Part shown: positions 1 to 11,300 of the stretch, piece after piece
How positions within the stretch are numbered: the stretch's first letter is position 1
How the letters are laid out: each line of letters begins with the position of its first letter
Source: Phoronis australis
Lineage: Eukaryota > Animalia > Phoronida
DNA: 64,000 nt
Assembly: GCA_002633005.1 (NCBI GenBank)
Contig: NMRA01000060.1
Coordinates: 975,355 to 1,039,354 of the forward strand
Direction: 5' to 3'
Translations under genes and position numbers: made by a program
Notes under the pieces: generated by a model
What the model was told of the DNA's origin: nothing
The model's input: the letters and a program-made list of their open reading frames with translations, nothing else
Databases searched by the model: none

Positions 1-3000
1 GCTATGGATGGCTAAGGCTAGCTATGGCTAGATATGGCTAGCTCTGGATAGCTATGGCTAGCTCTGGCTAGCTATGGATGGCTTTGGCTAGCTATGGCTA
101 GCTATGGCTAGCTCTGGCTAGCTCTGGCTAGCTCTGGCTAGCTGTGGCTAGCTCTGGCTAGCTCTGGCTAGCTTTGGATAGCTCTGGCTAGCTCTGGGTA
201 GCTCTGGCTAGCCCTGGCTACCTCTGGTTGGCTATGACTAGCTATGGCTAGCTATGGGTAGCTCTGGCTAGCTCTGGCTAGCTCTGGCTAGCTATGCATG
301 GCTATGGCTATGGCTAGCTATGGCTAGCTATGGCTAGCTCTGACTAACTCTGAGTAGCTCTGGCTAACTCTGGGTAGCTCTGGCTAGCTATGGCTAGCTA
401 TGGATGGCTATGGCTTGCTATGGCTAGCTATGAATGGCTATGGCTAGCTAAGGCTAGCTATGGCTAGCTATGGCTAGCTATGGCTAACACTGGATAGCTC
501 TGCCTAGCTCTGGCTAGCTATGGTTAGCTATGGCAAGCTATGGATGGCTATGGTTAGCTATGGCTAGCTATGGCTAGTTCCGGATAGCTCTGGCTAGTTC
601 TGGCTAGCTAATCTAGCTATGGATGGCTATGGCTAGCTATGGCTAGCTATGGCTAACTCTGGATAGCTCTGGCAAGCTATGGCTAGCTATGGATAGCTTT
701 GGTTAGCTATGGTAGCTCTGGCTAGCTATGGCTAGCTACGGATAGCTATGGGTAACTCTGGCTAGCTCTGGCTACTTATGGCTAGCTATGGATAGCTTTG
801 GCTAGCTCTGGCCAGCTCTGGCTAGCTATGGCTAGCTCTGGCTAGCTCTGGCTAGCTCTGCCTAGCTCTGGATTGCTCTGGCTAGCTCTAGCTAGCTCTG
901 GGTAGCTATGGCAAATTTTGGCTAGCTGTGGCTAGCTATGGCTAGCTCTGGCTAACTCTGGCTAGGTCTGGCTAGCTATGGCAACCTTTGGCTAGCTATG
1001 GCTAGCTCTGGCTAGCTCTGGCTAGCTATGGCTAGCTATGACTAGCTCCGGGTAGCTATGGGTAACTCTGGCTAGCTCTGGCTAGCTCTGGCTAGCTCTG
1101 GCTAGCTCTGGGTAGCTCTGGCTAGCTTTGTCTAGCTCTGGATAGCTCTGGCTAGCTCTAGCTAGCTCTGGCTTGCTATGGCAACCTTTGGCTAGCTATG
1201 GCTAACACAGGATAGCTCTGGCTATTTCTGGCTAGCTCTGGCTAGCTATGGCAAGCTATGGATGGCTATGGCTAGTTATGGCTAGCTATGGCTTGCTCCG
1301 GATAGCTCTGGCTTGTTCTGGGTAGCTATGGCTAGCTATGGCTTGATATGGATGGCTATGGCTAGCGACGGCTAACTCTGGATAGCTCTTGCTAGTTCTG
1401 GGTAGCTATGGCTAGCTATGGATGGATATGTGTAGCTATGGCTAGCTATGACGAACACTAGATAGCTCTGGCTAGCCCTGGCGAGCGTTGGCTAGCTATG
1501 GCTTGCTCTGGATAACTCTGGCAAGCTCTGGCTAGCTATGGCTAGCTATGGATGGCTAAGGCTAGCTATGGCTAGCTATGGCTAGCTCTGGATAGCTGTG
1601 GCTAGCTCTGGCTAGCTATGGGTGGCTTTGGCTAGCTATGGCTAGCTCTGGCTAGCACTGGATAGCTCTGGCTAGCTCTGGCTAGCTCTGGCTAGCTCTG
1701 GCTAGCTCTGGCTAGCTCTGGATAGCTCTGGCTAGCTCTGGGTAGCTCTGGCTAGCCCTAGCTACCTCTAGTTGGCTATGGCTAGCTATGGCTAGCTATT
1801 GGTAGCTTTGGCTAACTTTGGATAGCTCTGGCTAGTTCTGGCTAGCTCTGGCTAGCTATGGCAAACTGTGGATAGCTTTGGCTAGCTATGGCTAGCTATG
1901 GGTAGGTATGGCTAGCTATGGTTTGCTCTGGCTAGCTATGGCTAGCTATGGATGGCACTGGCTAACTATGGCTAGATATGGCTAGCTAGGGATAGCTTTG
2001 GCTAGCTATGGCTAGCTCTGGCTAGCTATGGCTAGCTAGGGATAGCTTTGGCTAGCTATGGCTGGTTCTAAGTAGCTATAGCTAGCTATGGATGGCTATG
2101 GCAAGCTATGGCGAGTTATAACTAGCTCTGGATAGCTCTGGCTACTTCTGGCTAGCTGTGTTTAGCTATGGCTATCTTTGGATGGCTGTGGCTAGCTATG
2201 GCTTGCTATGGCTAGCTGTGGATAACTGTGGTTAGGTTTGACTAGCTCTGGCTAGCTATGGCAAGGTATGGATGGCTATGGCTAGCTATGGCTAGCTCTG
2301 GCTAGTTCTGACTAGCTATGGCTAGCTATGGCAAGGTAAGGATGGCTATGGCGAGCTATTGTTAACTATGGCTAGCTCCGGACAGCTCTGGCTAATTCTG
2401 GCTAGCTATGGCTAGCTAAGGCTAGCTCTGGATAGCTGTGGTTCGCTCTGGCTAGCTATGGCTAGCTATGGCAAGCTATGGATGGCTATGGCTAGCTATG
2501 GCTAGCTATGGATAGCTCTGGCTAGTTCTGGCTAGCTATGGCTAGTTATGGCAAGCTATGGATGGCTATAGCTATTTATGGCTAGCTATTGCTAACTCTC
2601 GATAGCTCTTGCTAGTTCTGGCTAGCTATGGCTAGCTATGGCTAGCTCCGGGTAGCTTTTGCTAGTTCTGGCTAGCTATGGCTAGCTATGGACGGCTATG
2701 GCTAGCTATGGCTAGCTATGACTAACACTGGATAATTCTGGCTAGCTCTGGCGAGTTTTGGCTAGCTATGGCTAGCTCTGGATAGCTCTGGCTAGTTCTG
2801 GCTAGCCATGTTTAGCTATGGCTAGCTGTGGATGGCTGTGGCTAGCTATGGGTAGCTATGGCTAGCTCTGAATAGCTGTGGCTAGCTCTGGCTAGCTATG
2901 GCAAGCTATGGATGGCTATGGCTAGCTATGGCTAGCTATGGCTAGCTATGGCTAGCTTTGGATAGCTCTGGCTATTTCTGGCCAGCTATGGCTAGCTATG

Positions 3001-3484
3001 GATGGCTATGGCTAGCTATTGTTAGCTATGGCTAGCTCCGGACAGCTCTGGCTAATTCTGGCTAGCTATGGCTGGCTATGGCTAGATATTTTTGGCTGTG
3101 GCTAGCTATGGCTAGCTATGGCAAGCTATGGATGGATATGGCTAGCTCTGGCTAGCTATGGATAGCTCTGGCTAGTTCTGGCTAGCTTTGGCTAGCTATG
3201 GCTAGCTATGGATGGCTCTGGTTAGCTTTGGCTAGCTATGGCTAACTCTGGATATCTCTGGCTAGCTATGGCTAGCTCTGGCTTGATATGGATGGCTATG
3301 GCTAGCGATGGCTAACTCTGGATAGCTCTTGCTAGTTCTGGCTAGCTATGGCTAGCTATGGATGGCTATGTGTAGCTATGGCTAGCTATGACTAACACTG
3401 GATACCTCTGGCTAGCTATGGATAGCTATGGCAAGCTCTGGCTAGCTATGGCTAGCTATGGATGGCTATGGCTAGCTATGGCTA
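1..3484. repeat. 10-bp tandem satellite (GCTAGCTATG / GCTAGCTCTG), about 348 units, runs off the window start
   Basis: Directly visible 10-nt period; variant blocks recur at offsets of about 1544, 1940 and 660 bp; no ORF. Confidence 0.98.
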
Positions 3485-4271
3485 ATGTGTCAAATTTGGT
3501 GAAAATCGGCTGACCCCCACCTTGCCGCTCATGGCTGGTGCTCTCGTGGACTAGTACTTAACTAAGACCCAGCATGACAACATCTGTATGTCAAGTCACC
3601 GACAGTGGTGTTCTTCAATTTTGCAATTTTAGGTGTGCATAGAGGGTGTGGCACATCTCTACCGCTAGCTTTGTTTCTTGGTAGTGATGTGTGGTGTTAC
3701 AATTTTATTTATTCCACTATCAGGGGTCTCATAACAAAAAATCCAAGTCATATGAAGGACTCCTTTATTTCTTTATTTGAGAAGTCGAATTTGTGCATGC
3801 TCTGTAATTCCCAAGATTTTCAGTATGGAAAGTAGATGGTTACACAGCAAAATCTTGTTGTGACAATTTAAAAAATCACTCTAAAGCCCAGGACAATTAA
3901 ACGAAATGTAATAACATTAACTTTACACGGATTAATACAATTCCACGAGAATGTATAGTTTCTTTTAAATGGATATGTAGGTGTATCTTTGGCAAATGTG
4001 CGTCGATTTTGACCAAAAACATGCCGTTGTGGTCGACATAAGATAATTCAAAATTAAATATCAAAATTATAAGAGAAAAATGCAATGAGTTTAAATAACC
4101 GAATGCTCAGGCACATTTCACTCACAGCCAAAGCCAGAGGGCTTATCACTGCAGTAAATCAAATGCAAAGCTGTTAACATAAACAAAGTGCTGCACACTT
4201 GTTCATGTGTCGGTCCGTATAAACCTACCCCAACTTACGGACCCCGCACTTCAGACCCTGAGCGAAATGAC

Positions 4272-5015
4272 CTAGTGAGAGCGTGAGTGCTTGAGCTAGA
4301 GCGTGAGAGCATGAGAGCAAGAGAGCGTGAGATCGTGAGAGCGTAAGAGCTAGTGAGAGCGTGAGAGCATGAGAGCTAGTGAGAAGGTGAGAGCGTGAGA
4401 GCTAGCGAGAGCGTGAGAGCATGAGAGCTAGTGAGAGCGTGAGAGCATGAGAGCTAGTGAGAGTGTGAGAGCGTTAGAACTAGTGAGATCGTGGGAGTGT
4501 GAGAGGGTGAGAGTGTGAGAGTTGAGAGTGTGAGAGAGCTAATGAGAGTGTGAGAGTGTGAGGGCTAGTGCATTAATTACGGCGCCGTCATTCAGTATAA
4601 CTTTTCCAGACGCGAGACCCTGCTGCCAACGTGTGATAATATCTGCCTTAACTTAACTTTCATTTTAATCAGCCCACCCCCAGTCAGGCTAGATACGATC
4701 GGATCGGAGATTAGAGCAATTATCAAACAAAAGAGCGCAGGCCCTACAACCAACGCCAGAATGGAGTTAATTGATGGCTACGGTGGTAAACTGGCCAACT
4801 TGTTGTTGGGCTATGCAATCGAACAAGTTGGAAGCAACGGGGGTCGCCGTGATATGGAGAGCCTGTGAGACTGGCTAGTGAGAGTGTGAGAGCTAGTGAC
4901 TTAGAGTGTGAGAGTGAGATAGTTTGAGCTGTGTGAGAGCTACCCTGTGTGAGAGTGTGAGAGCTAGTGAGAGTGAGAGTGTGAGAGCTAGTGAGAGTGC
5001 GAGAGTGTGAGAGTG
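4272..5015. repeat. GA-rich degenerate minisatellite (GAGAGCGT / GAGAGCTAGT / GAGAGTGT) in two blocks, about 4272-4570 and 4860-5015
   Basis: Directly visible; ORF 4744..5022 is just its translation. Confidence 0.9.
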
Positions 5016-5019
5016 TTTT

Positions 5020-5165
5020 CATTATTTTAAAGACACTTCACAATTTTGAATATGACAAACTGACGGGGAGTTAACGCCTCGCGTACTTCGTCGGCGCACA
5101 CACGCCCGCTAGCTATATCGCCACGGTCCGTGACGCTATAATGACGGCTGCCTTGTGCGTCTTTG
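5020..5165 (+). mobile_element. Right-end fragment of the P-element-like family seen at 51687-56290
   Basis: Colinear with 56120-56290 (AAAGACACTTCAC..CAATTTTG..TGACAAACT..GCGTACTTCGT..CCCGCTAG..TCGCCACGGTCC..GCGTCTTTG). Confidence 0.65.
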
Positions 5166-5231
5166 CGAGAGATACCTCTCTTTTCTGTGGTTTACTACCA
5201 ATGCGATTGGTGTCGCTTGCGCGCGCTCCTA

Positions 5232-5267
5232 GCGGAAACGAGCAAGATGGCGGCGCCCTGCAAATGA
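5232..5267 (+). promoter_or_regulatory. CWC27 proximal promoter/5'UTR: YY1 consensus CAAGATGGCGGC (5243-5254) and ETS-like GCGGAA
   Basis: Exact YY1 consensus about 80 nt upstream of the CWC27 ATG in a CpG-rich patch; typical of housekeeping promoters (inference). Confidence 0.55.
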
Positions 5268-5329
5268 AAAATGTTGATGGGACTCTGTGGGGTTAAATGA
5301 AAGACACTCATTGAGCTTGTGAAAATACA

Positions 5330-5371
5330 ATGAGCAACATCTACATACAGGAACCACCCACAAGTGGGAAG
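5330..5371 (+). CDS. CWC27: CWC27 exon 1 ([14 protein letters not shown])
   Basis: Conserved N-terminus; donor GTAGGA at 5372. Confidence 0.95.
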
Positions 5372-8300
5372 GTAGGATCACCGGGAATACTCCAGTAATC
5401 AAGCTGTTTTTTTCAAACCGTCAACTCAGGGTTTCACATTAAGATGCGTGGTGGTGAATGGCCAAAACGGGATGCAAAAACTGTTGCTGGACGCGAATGT
5501 GGGAAGTGGGATCCCCCATTGCCTGCGCTTAGTCACAGCACAAAGCATGATTTTTTTGCCTACATCATATTTATGTCTCAAATGCAGTTTATAAACCTAA
5601 AAAGAGGCTCACTACTAAAATGGTAACTTGGTAAATTAGGAGGGATATACTTAGCAAGTCGCCAGTGCGAGTCAAAATGGTGCTGGGCGAGTAGTAATTG
5701 TATTTCCGGTTGCCCAGGTGGCGAGTGAATTTTCTAAGCGCAAAAGCACTCTATAGTTTCCCAGATGAACATGAATAAATTTTCTCCTCCTTGTGCTGTT
5801 TTTATCACGAAAACAAAGGTTCAGTTTGGTCAGCGTGTCGATGCTCCGGCAGTAAAAAACATCGGCGCAGTACTGTGCTCCTACCGATTCAGTAGATGTC
5901 ACCCCTTACGCGATTCCTCTAGACAAGAGATCACAGTGGTTGGTCGTGCACGAAGGAATTTTTGGACTAGTCCGAATCGAAGTAAAAGGGGGGAAATGCG
6001 GAAGACCGGTCCATGTGCTCACAGCAAGTGAAATTAGCAATCTAAAAAACGGGCTGGCTGGTTAAAATCGAAATTTTTGAAAACTATTGAGTTGTTCCTT
6101 AGTGCACAGAGGACAGAGTTTACCCTCATGGAGGTACACTGACCTCAGTTAAAAGATAGGTTGGGGGATTGAAGTAACGGACTTCCGACGGCCTGTGGTG
6201 CACGATACAGTGGCGTCGTGATCGCGGGAGTGATTGGATTTTTGCGTACCTCGGTGGCTGTTCGTCATTTCTTGGAACTAAGGTATTCATACAGGCAGGT
6301 GTGCATTCAGTTCAGGGCAAGTTTCTTGAGAGAAAGGACAGATCTAGCAATATTCCGCTCCTCTTTGCTGATTGGTTAAAACAAACATATCATGTAAATT
6401 TTCATGTGAACAAGATAGCAGTGTTTTTTGGGTTTTTGGGAAACGTTCAGTTGGAAAATTGTAATATTAATCTGTTGATCATGTTAGCAAAAAATTACAT
6501 ATTTAGCCAAAAATAGCCATATTCGCTACGGATGTGTACCAATTTAAATAATCAACCCGTTCCTGGAATCTGTAACGTCCCACCTCATGAAAGTAAATGT
6601 TTATTGGGTCAGGAAAAAAAAGATTCCGCTAGTGCGTGGTGTGTTTTTAAGGGAAGCACTTGATTTTGTAAAGATTTGCTTACCAGCTAGACACCTAGGC
6701 ACCCAAACAGGTGCTAATGATTGACAGATTTTCTAACTGAATACTTTGAACTTAGTTTGAACAATGTAACATTTTATATACATTGTATATTTCTTTTTTA
6801 GTCCAAAGCCAAAACCACGCTTGTTCAAAGCACCTGCTCAACAATCAGACAATACTATTATGCATAGGGGTGCTTGGTCGGCTGCCAAAATAACGAAGCA
6901 AACATACATCATGTAAAATGTCACCAGGCAAATCAAAAGTTCAAAGAATAAGTTTTTGACCACGTGGATGTCGGTGGACAGAATGTTTTGTTTTTCGCTT
7001 AATGACAAGTTGATTTCTTGCGCTGTTGCTTTTGGTTGGGCGCTTCCATTTTGGTTTCAGGAGTGAGGAAGAGTGCAGTTTTTAATAAAACTACTTTTGT
7101 GTCAGATTTTATCTGGTCAGTCTTTTACCTACATCGGCGCCGTAGCTGTAGCCTATGTTACTACACTGCAGCTTTGCGCCAAGGCAACGTCTTGCATTTC
7201 TGAGAATTCATTGACGTCAAAAGTTTCTTGGTAGGAATTTATTTTCTAAAAACGATACTAGCCCTAATAAATGGTGACATCAATGCACGAAACGATGATT
7301 TTTATGTAAATTGGCAGCAAGTGACGCAACTGAATTTCGGGCTGGGCAAGTAGATTTTCTGGCTCACTCGCCCAGCTGGCGAGCGGGGTTTTGAAACGTA
7401 GGTATATCCCTGATAAGGTCTATGAGTACCGTTCAAGCATAAAGGCACATCTCAGGATGTAATTGAACAAGTACTTGAAGAATCATGATGGATCATTTCT
7501 TTCAAACATGTTTACTCCTTATTTATTAACTACAATGTACAGGTTCAGGAGATATGACTTACAGTGTGCACCGAATCTACACTCGACAGCCAAGGGAACC
7601 AGCTTTAGTAAACATGCCGATCTGACTGGCAGAATTCCCGAGCTTGGTAATGCATTAAATAGATTGACATCTGAGAAGATATCACACAGACGAATCACAG
7701 GACAACACAAGACAATGATAAGGATGAATTGTGTTGACAATTGTTATCCATGTTCCTGAAATTGGAGTGAGACGTACCCGGGAATCATCAGCATTCGGGG
7801 AAATATGCATTTACCCAACTAAAACATGCTCATTTACTCAGCAGGCCATCTTCCCCAACAAAATGTATCAACCAAATTTGCATCCATGCCCCCTCCCTAC
7901 TTGTAGTATCTTTGTTGGATGGTTGGTACTTGTTAATCATGTCCTGGAAAGCATTACATTCTTTCACAGTGCTACAAAAGGTATTGTTGTTTATCATGGA
8001 TTCTCACTGGTTAAAGTAATGAAACCGACGTCATAACATTCAGTCATTCCGATAGGTTGAAATCTGGGAAAACCCTTTCAGTTTACTGTTACGTAGTATA
8101 GCGACCACCTTTGACATGAATAGTTGTAATTTATTGAAATCGGCAATGATCGAAGTCAACAAAATCAAGGAAACCACGATCCAGTGGCTGAAGCCCAAAC
8201 AAGTTCAACACATAGATGGCGTGTGCAAGTGGTGGTGATGTGATTGGTAAACTTCTGACCAAGCATGCACATCGATACCCACACACGGAATTCCACAAGT

Positions 8301-11300
8301 CATTCATCATGTTTCCTCAGGGCCACTTTCGGTATAGGTGGCACTATGCCAGAGGGTAGGAAAGCATGGTAATGCTTTTAAACCCACTGCACTTTGGGTT
8401 AAGAATTCAACATCCAACAGTTCAACAGCAAGTTAATGCAGCTTTAATCGCGTTCTTACACTCTCAGGTACTATTGGTGACAACTGCGGGCGACATTGAT
8501 GTAGAATTATGGGCGAAGGAAACTCCCAAAGCATGTCGCAACTTTGTACAACTGTGTATGGAAGGTTACTATGACAACACGGTATTCCACCGCGTTGTCA
8601 AGGACTTCATTGTCCAGGGTGGAGATCCGTCTGGAACTGGGGAAGGTGGAGAATCAATTTACGGACATCCATTCAAGGTTTGTTAATAAATTTTTTAGCT
8701 TTTATGTAATGCATCTTAACACATTTTTGCCAGTTGTTGTTTTTGTAGACCTTTGGAAGATCTGTTTTAGCCATAATTGTCACTTGGTCTATATTTTATG
8801 TAAACATAACACAGAACCCTCAATTCCTCAATTCCCCTCTGAAAAATATTGAAGATTCACGTGAAATTCCCTTCAAGTGTTTGAAAAATTTCCTCGACGT
8901 TCGAATCACTTATAACACACACAGGTGATAATTTGAAATAGCACAATAGTTAGACGGAGTTTATGGGCTTGCATCGTGGCGGNGGTGATCAGGAGGTAGA
9001 ATTTTCCCCTCATCCCAAAAAGTCCCCCCTCAGAAGGCACAGGCACCTTTCACCTCGGTCATTACTGTTGAACACCACTTTACCATCGTTCATTGTTTCA
9101 AGCTTCATTTGAATGTGACTCTTCAGTAAATTTGTTTTGATCTCTGTAACTAACATGCACTAGTTTCGGTCTGGTTGTTGGACTTGTATAACTTCGTTAC
9201 TTCAGGATGAAATTCATTCTCGTCTGCGATTCGCTCGCCGCGGCCTTATCGCCATGGCTAATGCCGGTGCCAACGACAACGGCAGCCAATTTTTCTTCAC
9301 TCTTGGCCCTGCACCAGAACTGAACAAGAAACATACCATATTTGGAAAGGTAAGTCTTCTTAAGTTGGATAATTGGCTTACTGTCCCTGTCTGACATTTA
9401 AAAAGAATTTGTTCATGTCATTTGCTCTCTTGCACAATATGTGCCGGGTTGGTTTGCGTTAAGGGTACTTTTTGCTTCATTTTTGTTTAACAGTTTGAAA
9501 TACGGGTATATGTAAGTGCAAACCAATATTGTATAAACTGATGCTTTTTCAATGTGGCATCAATTTTTTCAGTATAAAGTAAGACTAGGAATTTACTCGA
9601 CAACCATAGTTATGTATCTACTCCTTTATCTACAAGATCACCTAGTATCAATTTCACAGCTTTAAAGTGGCACTTGCACCCTAATTCCTTGTCTCTGCGA
9701 TTGTTTTGTCAAATTAGTTAGAAACACAACATACAACGATGAAGTATGTTGAAAATTAATAAAATGTTTTTATGGACGAGTTTTGTGTCGAAAATGATCT
9801 GCCATAAATCATTCAACCGTGTCCAGTAAGTATCATGATGTGGTATTAGGGAATAACACTACGTGATGCGGGTTATGTGAGCCCCCAAGGTACGTCAGTA
9901 GGGCAAAGGTCACCTATTTGCAGAATTTTTTGTTTTCACATTTACAAGTTGTCAATGAATACAACTGCACTTTGTTTAGCGTAGATGATGTTCAAATACC
10001 ATTGTGGTTTTATTAGTTCCTGCTATACATTAGCTTTGTTAGGAACGTGCTAATACAACTTTAAGTACTGTGGTTACATCTCACCAATTTAGGACATGAT
10101 ATAGCCAACAAGTGAAATTTAATTTTCTCATTTTTTTGTAGAAGATGTAGCATCAAATTAATGCTTTGCCATGTTCATGTTCTGTGCCTTAGCTACCACA
10201 AGAAAATATTTTGAAAAAGTGTGAGAATTCACAACAGTGTTAGACCTTGAAAAACAAAAAAGATAAAATTTGGCACATATTTTTGTTCTAAACTGGTGAG
10301 ATTTTATTATTATAAGTATCACATGTTTTTCTTTAGGTTGCTCTGTGGTCTAGTAGTGAAAGCACTTGGTGTACAACCACAGGGTTGTGGGTTTCTGTTC
10401 CATGTCTAGACGTGGTGTTACCTTCAAGAACTGTGGCAGAATTTCTTTTCACATCTCCATGAAAACACCATCTTTATTGAGGTGATCTTAGTCAGATAGA
10501 GTCTTAGGCATGTATTATAATCACCCCTTGGTCTTAAATCATGGGCCGTTGCATATTTATTCTTATGTGCAGGGCTTAAAAAATAACCTTAAAGCGTGTG
10601 ACTTAGCAAGTATTGTTAGTGTCATTGTTTTGTTGTTTTTATTATTAGGTAACAGGAAACACTGTGTTTAATATGCTCAAGTTGGCAGAGGTGGAGGTGG
10701 AAGGAGACCGACCTGTTGAACCCTATAGAGTAGTGAGGAGTGAGGTCAGTCTGTTGCGTAGTTACTGTGTTGTCCTTGACAACATACCCTCCATTACCCA
10801 CTGTCACACAAAGCATGTGCTCCAATCTGAACTCAGAGACCATTTTGTGGAAATGACTTCTGAAATGATTGTCATAGAACTTTAGAAGTGATGTAATTGC
10901 CAAAATAGAAGATGAAATCGGTGAAAAATCTAAAACTGTTTCTCGTATTGTTATTGGCATTGTAAAGTCCATACAGATCTTAACTTTAAAACTGAAGCGA
11001 TAGTATGTGAAAGATAACGATGCTTCTTTGTATTATTTTGGTGGAACCTTTCAACTCCATGTGACCAGTCTACTTAACTACAGAAAATGTACAATTCTAG
11101 CTGGGGACTGTTTACAAGGGTATGTTGGGCGCAATAGCAGGGCTCGCATCGTTCAGCTTGCTTAGTTACGTAATGGTCTGCTGTCTTTAGGCTATGATTC
11201 TGTGAATGACCATTACATAATCTTGTTTACTACTGAGATCATCAAAACATGTGTGGACGCACCGGATGGGCCGGCTGCTGACTCAGGTGACAGCCAACAC

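Noticed and set aside
1-3484. CRISPR array or repetitive-protein ORF
   Set aside because: Contiguous 10-mers with no spacers; TAG stops recur in all frames on both strands; eukaryotic context.
4744-5022. S/H/T/L-repeat ORF
   Set aside because: Translation of the GA-rich minisatellite.
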